This document shows positions 40,135 through 51,193 of a DNA stretch of 64,000 nt, piece by piece. The position numbers were made by a program, and so were the translations under genes. This DNA comes from Candidatus Eiseniibacteriota bacterium (GTDB lineage: Bacteria > Eisenbacteria > RBG-16-71-46 > CAIMUX01 > JAHJDP01): contig JAHJDP010000031.1 of the NCBI GenBank assembly GCA_018831195.1, positions 7,151 to 71,150 of the forward strand, read 5' to 3'. Positions within the stretch are counted from its first letter, which is position 1. The number at the start of each line of letters is the position of its first letter. A model generated the notes under the pieces. It was not told the origin of the DNA. It saw only the letters and a program-made list of their open reading frames with translations, and searched no databases.

Positions 40135-40577
40135 CTCACAATCTCCCTCTGGGAAGCCAGACTGCGGCGCATTTTGTCCACGCCGCGAAAGAGCAGGTTC
40201 TTGGCGGTCCCTTCGCTGCATTCCAGAACAGCGGCGATCTCCCGGCTGGGGAGTCTTTCAAAATACCTCAATGTCACGGCAACCCGATGAACTTGACGAT
40301 CCCGCTGCCGCCGCCGGCTCCGCAACCAGTTGGCGCTGACACTGTGCGTCACACGCAGCAACCAGGAGCGGAATTCACCCTCGCCTCTGTAACTTCCCAG
40401 TTTTTCATAGGTTCGGATGAAGGCATCCTGCGTCAGATCCAGCGCGTCTTCCGGATTTCGGGCATAGGTGTAGACGAAGCGATAGACAAGCCTCTCGTAA
40501 CGCTGCATCAGAATGGCGAATGCGGCATGCGAACCCTTCAATGTTTCAAAAACAAGATCGTGATCGTCGAGTGGCAA
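40131..40577 (-). CDS. ECF sigma factor with apparent internal deletion
   Basis: Region 2 (DLTQDAF, FRSWLLRV) and the region 4 HTH (EIAAVLECSEGTAK) are joined by only about 10 aa. Confidence 0.75.
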   Translation of the reverse strand: MPLDDHDLVFETLKGSHAAFAILMQRYERLVYRFVYTYARNPEDALDLTQDAFIRTYEKLGSYRGEGEFRSWLLRVTHSVSANWLRSRRRQRDRQVHRVAVTLRYFERLPSREIAAVLECSEGTAKNLLFRGVDKMRRSLASQREIVR

Positions 40578-40639
40578 GGCTCTCTCCTGCGTTCACTACT
40601 TAGCCTGCCGGCGCCTGCCGGTAATTCCTATATAGATAC

Positions 40640-40664
40640 AGACACCGGAACGGCGGATAGGTTA
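40640..40664 (-). promoter_or_regulatory. ECF-sigma-type promoter
   Basis: Minus strand TAACC-N16-GTCT upstream of the second ECF gene. Confidence 0.45.
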
Positions 40665-40730
40665 GCATCCACCGCTGATTTTTTACCAAAGTCTCCGGCC
40701 GAGGTGGCGGATATCCGGGATCCCAGATTC

Positions 40731-42017
40731 TCAGGGTCTTAGAGTCTCAATGATTTCAGTACTGACCCAATACAGATCATCATGCAGCGAATAGAACAGG
40801 TATTTCCCATCGGGTGTCACGGTCGCCTGGCCGACCAGTGGGGGGATATCATAGTGATCATGAAGATAGAGGGCATCGCCCCAAGAACCGTCGGCGTTCC
40901 TGAAACAAATGTATAGACCGTTTTTTCCGGGAATGTATCTATCAAATACCATATAGCTCTCGTCAGGTGCGATATAGGGATGCGCACTGGGTTCAGCACC
41001 CACGCCGCCACCGACTCTTTCAGGCTCTAAATACACTCCGCCTTCAAACTCGACTTTGCCGATACCGCCATCCTGTGGTCCGCCGGGCATTGTATAATAG
41101 ATGGATCCATCAAGGGCGGCGGTGGCATACATCCCCATGAATAGTTTTTCAGGATCCCGCCATCCATTGTCGACACGCTTGGCCCTGCATATTTGGCGCG
41201 GCTGCCGAATTGTAGGTCTTGCATTAAAGAGAATCGACTTCCCATCCGGCGCGACATTCGCTTCTTCGCATTCAAGGGTGTCGCCAAAAAGCTCGATCTT
41301 AGCGGGCGCGGTCCATCCATCCGCTTCCCACCGGCACATCATGGTGCCCTGGTTGGCGCGAGAGAAATAGATCTCCCTGCCATCAGGTGTAAATGTTATT
41401 GAATATTCATTGGAAGTAGAACAAATCAGGCCGTTGGCGAAGATCTTGGGTTCTAAATCCGGCGGATCTTCCCCCAGATACGGACCCTGGCGCCCGGTCT
41501 TTTCTCCCGGGGCATACCTTCCTTGTTCAGCAATCTGGACCCGGGACTTTTCTATCTGCTCATCGATGTTCTCAAGGATCCATGCCGGAAGTGGAAACTC
41601 GCCATTCAATTCGGCCGCTCGGCGAAGATAACTCTCTGCCGCCTCCTTATCGCCGGTCACTACATAGAGACAGCCCAAATCCATTAGAGGCCAGGGAGAT
41701 TCAGGGTAAAGTTCCTCAAGCAGTTTTGTTAGGGCGATGCTTTCCTCATATTGCCAATTTTGCGCCATCCCCCGGGCGCAATAAATCAACTCGCGGCCGT
41801 CAATAGCATAGAGATCCGAGGAATCGGCCGTCATTTCATGGAATTTTGTGACTGCAGCTTCGAGCCCCTGGTCCGCCAATATTCTCTCAAAGATTACCGC
41901 CGCTGATTCTCCCTGCTGTTCCTCCTGCGAGAACACGACACTCGCGGAAAAAACCAGAGACAACAGAGACACAACCACCCAAAATATTGGGCTGTGAGTT
42001 TCGATAAATTTCTTCAT
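40731..42017 (-). CDS. Secreted TPR plus PD40 beta-propeller protein
   Basis: Signal peptide, TPR-like helices, GPYLGE.PP, FTPDGREIYFSR, PYIAPDESYMVF, VTPDGKYLFY. Confidence 0.8.
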   Translation of the reverse strand: MKKFIETHSPIFWVVVSLLSLVFSASVVFSQEEQQGESAAVIFERILADQGLEAAVTKFHEMTADSSDLYAIDGRELIYCARGMAQNWQYEESIALTKLLEELYPESPWPLMDLGCLYVVTGDKEAAESYLRRAAELNGEFPLPAWILENIDEQIEKSRVQIAEQGRYAPGEKTGRQGPYLGEDPPDLEPKIFANGLICSTSNEYSITFTPDGREIYFSRANQGTMMCRWEADGWTAPAKIELFGDTLECEEANVAPDGKSILFNARPTIRQPRQICRAKRVDNGWRDPEKLFMGMYATAALDGSIYYTMPGGPQDGGIGKVEFEGGVYLEPERVGGGVGAEPSAHPYIAPDESYMVFDRYIPGKNGLYICFRNADGSWGDALYLHDHYDIPPLVGQATVTPDGKYLFYSLHDDLYWVSTEIIETLRP

Positions 42018-42128
42018 AATGTCCCTCCGCAGAATGGACTCACCGGATAGATATAACCAAGAAATTCCAACAGACTCAAGAAAATAGGAGGGTCGGCAAC
42101 CGGCAGGTCGGTAGGTGAAGAACCGGAA

Positions 42129-44525
42129 TCAGGCCGCTTTTCGTTTGCAGACGAAACGTTCAATCACTGTTCTAAGATCATGAATGTTTATCGGTTTTGG
42201 AAGATAGTCATCCATGTCGGCGGCGATGCAGCGATCCCGATCCTCCTTGAATGCGTGTGCCGTCAGTGCAATGATTGGGATTCTCAGATCTGTGATCGAT
42301 TCGAGGGCCCGAATCTCGGCCGTCATCTCAAACCCATCCATTTCCGGCATTTGAATATCAGCTAGGATGATATCGAAAGCATGTCTTCGGAAAATGGCCA
42401 ATCCCTCGCGACCATTAGACGCGATCATGACCTCGCAACCCAATTTGCGCAAGAGGGCCCGTGCAAATATCTGATTCACCTTGTTGTCCTCGACAAGAAG
42501 GACACGCGTTCCGGCAAGAAGGCCGATCACGGGCATGTCCTGATCGACATCAGCCGATAATGCCGATATCTCATCGATTGAAGATATCGCATCCTTGCCG
42601 GCCAAAAGAGCCATAAGGGGAATCGGTTTCACAGGTAGCACCAAGGTTTCATATCCACCCTCAGCATCAATGTTAATTCCACTTGGTGTTTCCCCGAGAG
42701 GGATCATGACACACAGTCTGGATTGCTTTTGTTCATGAATTTCAGTCAATAGATCATTGATTGGCGATGTGCCCGATTGATCAAGATCGCCATTATAAAT
42801 AATGCAATAGTAATAACCGGGACGTTTCTTGGCGGCGGATAAAAATTCCATGAATTCCCCCGCTGTTTCCGCTTGATCAACGGCAAAACCAAGATGACCC
42901 AACTGCCGGGACAACGCCATGCATGTCACCGGCCTGTGGCTCGCCAGAAGGATCCTCCGCCCCTCTCCCTTGGTCCAAGAAAGATCCAGCGCCCGATCCT
43001 CAAAGATCGATTCCTCAATTGGGAGATGAATCGTAAAGTAGAAACGACTCCCTTTCCCCGGCGCGCTGTCAACTTTCAGCTGCCCGCCCATCAACTCAAC
43101 CAACCGGCTCGAAATGGCAAGTCCGAGTCCTGTGCCTCCATAACGGCGCGTTGTCGATGAATCGGCCTGTGCAAATGCCGCGAACACACGATCCTGTGCA
43201 TCGTTGTCGATACCGATCCCCGTATCAATGACGCTGAATGTCAAAGGAACCATTTCGGGAGATACCGATCCATTGAGCGCGGCCGGCGCCAGCTCAACGG
43301 CTATCTGTATGGATCCGGTCTCCGTGAATTTCAAAGAATTGCCGATCAGATTGACCAAAACCTGTCGCAGCCGGCCGGGATCGCACGACACATATCTTGG
43401 CACCCTTGGATCCATGTAGCATATATATTCTAAATCCTGCTGTGCTATTTGAACACTGAAGGTGCTGACAATCGTTTCAACCGTCGCATATAGATCCACC
43501 GGTATCGCTTCAAGCTGAAGCCGGCCTGCTTCGACTTTTGAGAAATCGAGAATGTCATTAATGATACTAAGAAGAGCATTGGCGCTGCTTTTTACAATGC
43601 CCAAGAAATTTTGCTGCTCCTCATCCAATCGAGTCGCCAGAGTAAGATCCGTCATGCCGATAATGCCGTTCATCGGAGTTCTGATTTCATGGGACATATT
43701 CGCCAGGAATTGGCTTTTGGCGCTATTTGCTCTTTCAGCGGCATCCTTTGCCTCCACCAAAGCCTGTGTTCGCTCTTCTACCTTCGCTTCGAGGTTCTTA
43801 CTGTAGTCCTCGATTTCCTTTCTCGAATAGCGCAAGCTCTGGGTCATGGCATTGAATACGTTGGCCAACCGGCCCAATTCATCCGTCCCTCTCACGGATA
43901 CAGAGACATCGAGGTTGCCCCGGGACATTTCCTCGGCGGCCTTGGCCAATGCTTCAACAGGTCGTGTGATCCGGCGGGAAATGAGAATACCAACGAGCAA
44001 ACCGATCACGGCGACAGCCAGACTCACTAACAATGTCCAGAATTGGTTCCGCCGGATCTCGGCCTTTCCTTCCGCCCTCGATAAACCGAGAACCAGGGTT
44101 CCGTAGCGCCCACTCGATGTCTTTATCGGGGACAGCACCAATAGCCGATCTTCTTCAAACAGGACCCGTGTCCCCTCTGTGCTTGACCAGTCTTCGATAA
44201 CAGATTGTTCCGGCAACGGTGTTTGCGTTAACGAGTTCCCGAATGCATCGAGAACTTGGACAAAAACAATTTCCGGATCCCGCACAAGGCTGGCGATCGC
44301 CTCATTAAGAGAACGTCTATCCTCAAACTCGAGAGGGGCGCTGAGGTTATAGGCCAGCATCTCTGTAATACCGACCCCCTTCGATACCAGCGCGGCGCCG
44401 GCAAGCCGCTCCAGTCGCGGCGGGAAGAAGACGGCAATGGATATCGCGCCCACAAGCGAGACGGCGACGAGGGCCAGAATGACCCGGGCGCGAATTGAAA
44501 GTTGTGGAAGCCGTCTACTCATCAC
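42129..44525 (-). CDS. Hybrid sensor histidine kinase (periplasmic sensor, HAMP, HisKA, HATPase, degenerate REC, REC)
   Basis: [44 protein letters not shown]. Confidence 0.95.
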   Translation of the reverse strand: MMSRRLPQLSIRARVILALVAVSLVGAISIAVFFPPRLERLAGAALVSKGVGITEMLAYNLSAPLEFEDRRSLNEAIASLVRDPEIVFVQVLDAFGNSLTQTPLPEQSVIEDWSSTEGTRVLFEEDRLLVLSPIKTSSGRYGTLVLGLSRAEGKAEIRRNQFWTLLVSLAVAVIGLLVGILISRRITRPVEALAKAAEEMSRGNLDVSVSVRGTDELGRLANVFNAMTQSLRYSRKEIEDYSKNLEAKVEERTQALVEAKDAAERANSAKSQFLANMSHEIRTPMNGIIGMTDLTLATRLDEEQQNFLGIVKSSANALLSIINDILDFSKVEAGRLQLEAIPVDLYATVETIVSTFSVQIAQQDLEYICYMDPRVPRYVSCDPGRLRQVLVNLIGNSLKFTETGSIQIAVELAPAALNGSVSPEMVPLTFSVIDTGIGIDNDAQDRVFAAFAQADSSTTRRYGGTGLGLAISSRLVELMGGQLKVDSAPGKGSRFYFTIHLPIEESIFEDRALDLSWTKGEGRRILLASHRPVTCMALSRQLGHLGFAVDQAETAGEFMEFLSAAKKRPGYYYCIIYNGDLDQSGTSPINDLLTEIHEQKQSRLCVMIPLGETPSGINIDAEGGYETLVLPVKPIPLMALLAGKDAISSIDEISALSADVDQDMPVIGLLAGTRVLLVEDNKVNQIFARALLRKLGCEVMIASNGREGLAIFRRHAFDIILADIQMPEMDGFEMTAEIRALESITDLRIPIIALTAHAFKEDRDRCIAADMDDYLPKPINIHDLRTVIERFVCKRKAA

Positions 44526-44527
44526 TC

Positions 44528-45154
44528 TTATTCCCGATGGCTCTGAATTTTTTTACAAATTCGAAGAACCTGAGATTCGAGATCGTGGCCTTCAGCGCGC
44601 ACCGCATCGAGATTGACCATGATCCGGGGATGATCCTCCTCGAGACCCACTCCGACGCCGAGACCGCCGGAAACATAGTCGACCACACCCGTCAGACTTA
44701 AAATATTCAATTCTCTTGTTAATGCCGTGATCTGGCTCAGCCTGCCTTTATGCGCCCGGGTGACATAGAGAATGTCAACCTCGGCCGAGCGCAAACCCTC
44801 GTCGATCGATTCCTTCCTGTCCCAGGGAATGGGCACCACTTCAAAGGTTTTGCCCTTGATCGTCTTTTCCGCCATTGAGGAGAGCACCTCCATGAGGGCC
44901 TCCATATTTTGTTCCGAAGCTCCATCGCCCCGCCGGTATAATACACCCACACGCAGGAACTCCGACGATTTCTCCATCAATGTTCGATCATAGGTTAGAA
45001 GTTTGAAGAGGATTGGAACTTGAAGATTTTCCGGAATCTCTTGTTCTTCTGAAGCAATGACGGATCCTCCCGCAAGCATCAAGAGCGCGGCCAAGATCAG
45101 ACAAATCCAACGCCCTTTTGCTGTGTCAAAAGTCAAGTTTCTAGAACTCCACAC
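44528..45154 (-). CDS. YfiR/HmsC-family periplasmic protein
   Basis: Signal peptide, KLLTYD, DILYV, ILSLTG...YV..GLGVGV...PRIMVNL..VRAEG..L...VLRI. Start approximate. Confidence 0.75.
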   Translation of the reverse strand: MWSSRNLTFDTAKGRWICLILAALLMLAGGSVIASEEQEIPENLQVPILFKLLTYDRTLMEKSSEFLRVGVLYRRGDGASEQNMEALMEVLSSMAEKTIKGKTFEVVPIPWDRKESIDEGLRSAEVDILYVTRAHKGRLSQITALTRELNILSLTGVVDYVSGGLGVGVGLEEDHPRIMVNLDAVRAEGHDLESQVLRICKKIQSHRE

Positions 45155-47120
45155 ATAGACTTGTATAGATTCTCCGTCTAAATTCAATCGTCCAGGGATG
45201 ATCTCTGTATCTTCGATCCAAAATATTATCAACACCGACTATGGCCTGAACACCTCGACTCCGGGGCCTGATCCGCCAGCGGGCGTCCATAACAAAATAT
45301 TCATCCCCCGGCCCTTCCGTCTCCATGGTGTTGAAATTTGTCAGATCCCACTCCGTCGCTGATCGGTAGCGGCCCATCAAGCTGATGGAGTGAATTGCGT
45401 GAGGCATCAATATAAGTTCGCCGACCAATGTATGACGCGGGGTGCTTATCTTCCGGTCGCCGGTATCCTTATCCTCAGCCCAGATATAGGAATATCCAAA
45501 TCGTGTTTTCATCCATTCGGTAATAAGGGCGTCAAGGCTGGTTTCCACACCGGCAATATCCCAGCCGCCCTTGTTTGTGAATCCAAATTCAGAAGGGATT
45601 CCCTCTGGAAAGGGTGGAGCGGGAAAATATGCCAGTGAGCTCAGCTGAACGACTTCCCTGATCCGATTGCGATACAATGCCACTGATCCAAGGACATTTT
45701 TTGTGAGAAGACCTTGATATCCAAGCTCGAGAGAACGAATTTCTTCGGAATTGAGCGCCTCATTCCCATGAACCAGGATATTCACTGTTGGAATCAATTC
45801 TATCTCGGCACGCCCATAACTCTCAAGGAATGTTGGATCCCGATAGGCTTCACCATATGTCAGGCGCAAAGCATGGTTTTCATGTGGTTTGTAGACAATT
45901 CCCCCGCGTGGTGCGATATGTTCTCCGACCAGTGGATGGTCATCATAGCGGACTCCAAGGGAAAAGAGGAGATTTCCGCGAGGCCGCCATTCATCATAAA
46001 GAAAGGCTGAATGGAGATTCTGCTCTTCTGAATTTTGAAACAATGTCCATTTTACCTCCTTGCGACGGAAGTTGCCTCCCCAGAGCACGAAGTTGCTGGG
46101 TTCAACAGAAAATGAATGCTGAAATTCAACATCATGGATTCCGTTATCCAAAGTCCCAATATCGTTGATGGAAATAAGATCCAAGAAATTGCCATCCAGA
46201 TGCCACTCGGTCCAGAAGTACCGCAAGCTTACATTCTTCCATCTTAAATCCGCACCGGCGAGTTGGTATTGTCCATCCATATTGATAATTGTACTACCGG
46301 TACTCATGTTCATGAAGCCATTGCTGTTTCCTGTAAAGAGAGATATTGACGCCTCGTCATTGAGTCGATAGATTGCTTCGCCGTTGAATCGGGACATCTC
46401 TTCTTCTTGATATTCAGTTTCCCAATTTTGAGTCGTTTCCCAACCACCGCTTAGTTTCCAACTCAATGGGCCGTAACTGTTCCCGTGAACGAACGAACTC
46501 AACTCCTCGCCGACATGCGATGCCTTTACATTCAAGATGGTGGCGTCATTCTCGCCTGGCTTGTAAGTGATGATGTTGATCACTCCAGCAAAAGCGTTGG
46601 CGCCGTAGAGGGCTGATCCGGGTCCCTTTATAATCTCGATACTCCTAATTTCCTCCAACGAAACCGGCAGGAACTCCCAAAGTGTCATGCCATAGAAATC
46701 CGCATAGACGGACCGGCCGTCGATCATGACCAACATGTTGTTGGATGGAATCGTATTGAGACCGCGAGCGCTGACATCGAAGCATGAAGCCGTATTGGTA
46801 ATGACTTCAAGCCCTGGTGTACTGAGCAGGAGTTCGGGTATGCTGCGGGCACCGGAGGCGGCGATTTGCTCGGCGGTTATGATAGAGACCGAGACCGGCG
46901 ATTCGCTGCTCTTCTGAGCATATTTTGAGGCGGTTATGACCGTGCTATTTAGCAGGGCATCTAGATCAAGCTCACTGAAATCATCAAACTCGGAATGAGG
47001 TTCTCCGGCCCAAAGGGGTTCAGTCCCGACTCCCAGGGCGCTGATAAGGATGGTCAAAAGAAATCCGCCGATGACCCCAAAGCTTCTGATACTCAAGGTG
47101 CCTTCCTTTTTCTTGATCAT
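45141..47120 (-). CDS. TonB-dependent receptor
   Basis: Plug motifs VITASK, LVMIDGR, IEIIKGPGSALYGANAFAGVINIIT; C-terminal Phe. Confidence 0.93.
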   Translation of the reverse strand: MIKKKEGTLSIRSFGVIGGFLLTILISALGVGTEPLWAGEPHSEFDDFSELDLDALLNSTVITASKYAQKSSESPVSVSIITAEQIAASGARSIPELLLSTPGLEVITNTASCFDVSARGLNTIPSNNMLVMIDGRSVYADFYGMTLWEFLPVSLEEIRSIEIIKGPGSALYGANAFAGVINIITYKPGENDATILNVKASHVGEELSSFVHGNSYGPLSWKLSGGWETTQNWETEYQEEEMSRFNGEAIYRLNDEASISLFTGNSNGFMNMSTGSTIINMDGQYQLAGADLRWKNVSLRYFWTEWHLDGNFLDLISINDIGTLDNGIHDVEFQHSFSVEPSNFVLWGGNFRRKEVKWTLFQNSEEQNLHSAFLYDEWRPRGNLLFSLGVRYDDHPLVGEHIAPRGGIVYKPHENHALRLTYGEAYRDPTFLESYGRAEIELIPTVNILVHGNEALNSEEIRSLELGYQGLLTKNVLGSVALYRNRIREVVQLSSLAYFPAPPFPEGIPSEFGFTNKGGWDIAGVETSLDALITEWMKTRFGYSYIWAEDKDTGDRKISTPRHTLVGELILMPHAIHSISLMGRYRSATEWDLTNFNTMETEGPGDEYFVMDARWRIRPRSRGVQAIVGVDNILDRRYRDHPWTIEFRRRIYTSLCVEF

Positions 47121-47169
47121 CCGAAGACCTAAAATCCTAAGATTCTGGACCAGAAAAATTACATCGTAA

Positions 47170-47197
47170 ATATCGGAAATATATAGGGATATATTGA
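47170..47197 (-). promoter_or_regulatory. Sigma28/FliA-like promoter candidate
   Basis: Minus strand TCAA-N16-TCCGATAT versus consensus TAAA-N15/16-GCCGATAW. Confidence 0.35.
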
Positions 47198-47288
47198 GGA
47201 ATCATCCTTCGGAATCTGCAGAAAGCCCGGAGAATCTCTGTGGAGGCTCCCCGGGCTTCCAGGTCGGGTGGATTCATGTAACGTCTTG

Positions 47289-48641
47289 CTAGTTCTCCGG
47301 ATAGAAAGGCGCCCAGTCGGGAGCTCCATATCCATGAGCAACGCCGTTGGCGCTGACCTGGGTCGATGACACCACGCTGACCGAAGAACCCGCCGCATTC
47401 AGAACGGCAATAAAAAGCGGGCTTTCGCCAGCGTATCGGCGGTCGAAGGCGATGGCCATCGAGGCCGGTGACGCTGTCAAATCCTCAGGCCAGTAGGGCT
47501 GCGTCCCCAAACCCGCCAAAATATCGGTCGTTGCTAACGAAGAAAGATGAATCGCCTTGATGGCATCGGATTGATGAATAAAGAGAAACTCCCCGTCGTG
47601 AGACCATCCGGCATCACGATAATGGGCGGTCGAAACAAAAACATAGACGACCTCTTTGCCGCTGCCATCGGCATTCATCGTAACCCAAACATTATGCGGG
47701 GGTGAACCCGCGTCAATATTCGTCGCCACCGCATAGTAGGCGATCTTGGTGCCATCCGGCGACCAGATCGGATTGTGTTCGCCGTCGGTACACTTAATAT
47801 GTGTACCATCCGACTCCTGTAGAATTTCATCGAGGAATGAAATTTGCGTCAGGCCTGTGCCGGTCTCATTCATTGTATAAATATGGGCAAAGGTTGTTCC
47901 ATCGTTCAGGTCGATGGCCGAGAGAACAAGTTTTTCCTCGATCGGCGATCCATCGAGATCTCTAACATCAAGATTATTATGATTTGTCAGAGTTGTGAGG
48001 TTGGTTCCATCAAAGGTATCGCATCCCCAAACGGCGCTCGCACCGGAAGCACTCACCCGGCTCAAGAAATAGACACGCCGGCTTCCATAGCCAAATGTGA
48101 AATCTGTCGGCAAGTAATCAAGATCCGGCGTCACGGTGACCGAATCCACCCCAGTGGTCGGTATGATAACGACATAAGAATCATTACCAGACTCGGCAAC
48201 AATCAGTGTTCTCATTCCGGTCGTTGTATCCACCGCGACATTGGACAATCCAGACCAGTTGGGAACCTCATCGGCTGTCTTCATTGCAAAGAAATATTCC
48301 GTACCGGGCTCGAGCCCATCAACGGTCATCCCCTGAGCTGATGGGGCCGCCTGTGGGCCGGGCTCTCCCGTCACAGGAATCGCCTGGCTCCAGTTGCCGG
48401 CGGTGATTGTAGCCGTAGAATATCGAATATCATAAGCCGTGGCTGTTCCCGTAACGCCATCGTCGCCGGGTGAAGTCCAATCCAATTGAATCGATGTGTC
48501 GGTCGGATCCGATGCCGCCAGATCCGATACCTCCGCAGGCGGGGTCACATCACCTGGATCGGTTGTTCCGCCGTCGTCATTGCAGGCGGCGGCAAAAAGG
48601 GTTAAAAGAAACGAACAGAAGAGAAGGTAGAAAATCTTCAA
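47289..48641 (-). CDS. Lipoprotein with fibronectin type III domain and TolB-like propeller
   Basis: Lipobox FAAA-C; DVTPPAEVSDL...WTSPGDDG..GTATAYDIRYS...NWSGLSN (FN3); WSPDGTKIAY; AAGGAGG RBS with TTG start. Confidence 0.85.
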   Translation of the reverse strand: MKIFYLLFCSFLLTLFAAACNDDGGTTDPGDVTPPAEVSDLAASDPTDTSIQLDWTSPGDDGVTGTATAYDIRYSTATITAGNWSQAIPVTGEPGPQAAPSAQGMTVDGLEPGTEYFFAMKTADEVPNWSGLSNVAVDTTTGMRTLIVAESGNDSYVVIIPTTGVDSVTVTPDLDYLPTDFTFGYGSRRVYFLSRVSASGASAVWGCDTFDGTNLTTLTNHNNLDVRDLDGSPIEEKLVLSAIDLNDGTTFAHIYTMNETGTGLTQISFLDEILQESDGTHIKCTDGEHNPIWSPDGTKIAYYAVATNIDAGSPPHNVWVTMNADGSGKEVVYVFVSTAHYRDAGWSHDGEFLFIHQSDAIKAIHLSSLATTDILAGLGTQPYWPEDLTASPASMAIAFDRRYAGESPLFIAVLNAAGSSVSVVSSTQVSANGVAHGYGAPDWAPFYPEN

Positions 48642-49049
48642 GGTAAGACCTCCTTATTTGTGGCCAACGGCAGGTCTCAAAATTCATCGAAACCCGGCCG
48701 CACATTTGCATTGAGGCACAGTAGCGATTCGATGGTAATACCCAGGCCGGGCGATTGTCCACAGCCGAATCGACAAAAAGACGATTCCCCGGGCCCTGGA
48801 TCGGTAACATAAGCTCCACGTATATTCATCATGGCCATATCTAATTTGCATTGTACATTTTGGATTCGCCTCACTGTCGATCATCGCCGCAAGACAGCAG
48901 ATAAAAGTTTGGTTGGATACGATTTGGGGTAGGAAAAAGGGAATGGGCCCATTATAAATCTGGATAAGTCCCGGTAGGAATCCCGCCGGCAAAATCACAA
49001 GCAAGGAAGCATCCAAAACATCCCATTGCAGCGGAACCAGAGGAAGCCC

Positions 49050-50294
49050 ATGGCTGACATTAGACCCTTCTGCGCCCTCCGGCCTCGCCCGGAGCTCGCG
49101 GAAAAGGTGGCAAGTCCACCCTACGACGTCCTCAATAGCGAAGAGGCACGGGAGATGGCCGGCGATAATCCGATCTCCTTCCTGCATGTCACCAAACCGG
49201 AAATCGATCTTCGGCCCGAAGTATCCCCATATGCCCCAGAGGTTTACGCAAAAGGGGTCGAGAACCTTCAGCGGTTGATTCAGGAGGAGGTTCTAATCCG
49301 CGATCCGCACCCTTGCTTCTACCTTTATCAGCAGCGGATGGGCGGACATGTCCAGGCCGGTCTCGTCGCCGGCGCTTCGGTCGATGAGTATGACCAAAAT
49401 CTCATCCGCAAACACGAGCACACACGGCCGGATAAAGAGGAAGACCGAACCCGGCATATCGAGGCTTTGAATGCCAATACCGGCCCTGTTTTCCTAACCT
49501 ACAAGAGACGGGACACCGTCGACCAGATCACCGAACAGATCCGCGCGCGGAAGCCTGATGTCGATTTCACCTCGTCGGATGGCGTACAGCACACCTTGTG
49601 GGTTGTGGCGGATGGATCCACGATTCAAGCTCTGAAAGACAGCTTCGCCGCGATCAGCATCCTCTATGTGGCGGATGGACATCACCGAAGCGCATCGGCC
49701 TCAAATGTCGCCGCCACACGCCGGGCCGCCAACCGCGGCCACACGGGCCGGGAGCCTTACAACTATTTCCTATCCGTCATCTTCCCCGACGATCAGATGA
49801 TGATTCTCGATTACAATCGAGTCGTGTTCGATCTTAAAAACCTTAATGAACAAACATTTCTGGAGAAAATCCGCCGCTCTTTTGATATATCTCCGGCGGA
49901 TGACCCAAAACCGAGCCGTCCGCTTGAATTCGGCATGTACCTCAAAGATAGATGGTACCGGCTCACGGCACGGGACGGCACCTATCCGGCGAATGATCCG
50001 GTGAACAGCCTGGATGTCGCCGTTTTACAAAACAATCTTCTCGCCCCTATCTTGGGGATTGAAGATCCACGGTCGGATTCTAGAATCGATTTCGTGGGAG
50101 GGATTCGCGGTTTGAAGGAGTTGGAGAAGAGAGTGGCCGGCGGTGCTGCCGTCGCCTTCGCTCTTTATCCAACAAGTATTTCCCAGCTGATGGCCATAGC
50201 GGATGCGGGAGAAGTCATGCCTCCCAAGTCAACTTGGTTTGAACCCAAGCTACGATCAGGCCTCATCATTCGTCCGCTGGACGATCGTTCTTAA
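49050..50294 (+). CDS. DUF1015 family protein
   Basis: SPPYDV, KHEHT, YVADGHHR, MPPKSTWFEPKLRSGL. Confidence 0.9.
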   Translation: MADIRPFCALRPRPELAEKVASPPYDVLNSEEAREMAGDNPISFLHVTKPEIDLRPEVSPYAPEVYAKGVENLQRLIQEEVLIRDPHPCFYLYQQRMGGHVQAGLVAGASVDEYDQNLIRKHEHTRPDKEEDRTRHIEALNANTGPVFLTYKRRDTVDQITEQIRARKPDVDFTSSDGVQHTLWVVADGSTIQALKDSFAAISILYVADGHHRSASASNVAATRRAANRGHTGREPYNYFLSVIFPDDQMMILDYNRVVFDLKNLNEQTFLEKIRRSFDISPADDPKPSRPLEFGMYLKDRWYRLTARDGTYPANDPVNSLDVAVLQNNLLAPILGIEDPRSDSRIDFVGGIRGLKELEKRVAGGAAVAFALYPTSISQLMAIADAGEVMPPKSTWFEPKLRSGLIIRPLDDRS

Positions 50295-50305
50295 GGAGAG
50301 CAGTT

Positions 50306-51193
50306 ATGAAGATCCTAATTTCTGATGCCTTTGACGCATCTCTACCGGGCAAGTTGGCGCGTTTTGGGGAAACTTTCGATGACAAGAGCCGTTTGTCTGA
50401 AGCTGATGTTGTGCTTATACGTTCCAAGACAACGTGCACGCGGGAATATATCGACAAGGCCGCAAGCCTCAAGCTGATCATCCGCGGCGGCGTCGGACTC
50501 GATAATGTTGATCAGGATTACGCTAAGCAGAAGGGGATCGCCGTTCACAATACAGCGGCGGCCTCCAGCATCGCCGTGGCCGAGCTGGCTATGGGTTTCA
50601 TGACCGCGATCCCGGCGAATATCATCCCGGGTCATATATCCTTGACCAAAGGCGAGTGGCAGAAGAAGCAACTCAAGCGAACGGAGCTTTACGGCAAGAC
50701 CCTGGGTTTGATCGGCATCGGCAAGATCGCAACCGAAACCGCCATCCGCGCCAAAGCCTTCGGGATGAAGGTGATCGCCTATGACAAATACATCGACAAA
50801 TCCAAGCACGCAGAGATGGTTTCATTCAACGATCTTCTCATCCGATCCGATTTCATATCCCTGCACGTTCCCTATACGGATGAGACGCGGGAAATGATCA
50901 ATAAATCGACGATCAAACAGATGAAGGACGGCGTTATTATTGTGAACACCGGCCGCGGGAAATGTATCAACGAAGCTGATATGGCGGAAGCGCTGAGAAA
51001 CGGCAAGGTCCGCGCCTATGGAACGGATGTCTGGTACTCCGATCCTCCGGATTGGGATGGCTGCCCCCTGCTGACCGCACCGAATGTCTATATGACGCCG
51101 CATATCGGAGCTTCCACGACTGAGAATTTGCTTAGAATCGGCGATGTTATCGAGGAGATTCTCAACGCGTACGTGAAGGAGGGTAAACTATGA
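50306..51193 (+). CDS. serA: D-3-phosphoglycerate dehydrogenase (short form, no ACT domain)
   Basis: RGGVGLDNVD, VAEL, GIGKIA, NTGRG, TPHIGAST; overlaps serC. Confidence 0.85.
   Translation: MKILISDAFDASLPGKLARFGETFDDKSRLSEADVVLIRSKTTCTREYIDKAASLKLIIRGGVGLDNVDQDYAKQKGIAVHNTAAASSIAVAELAMGFMTAIPANIIPGHISLTKGEWQKKQLKRTELYGKTLGLIGIGKIATETAIRAKAFGMKVIAYDKYIDKSKHAEMVSFNDLLIRSDFISLHVPYTDETREMINKSTIKQMKDGVIIVNTGRGKCINEADMAEALRNGKVRAYGTDVWYSDPPDWDGCPLLTAPNVYMTPHIGASTTENLLRIGDVIEEILNAYVKEGKL

Noticed and set aside
48660-49020. Structured leader or riboswitch before the FN3 lipoprotein
   Set aside because: A long intergenic region, but no known aptamer consensus or convincing long stem was recognised.
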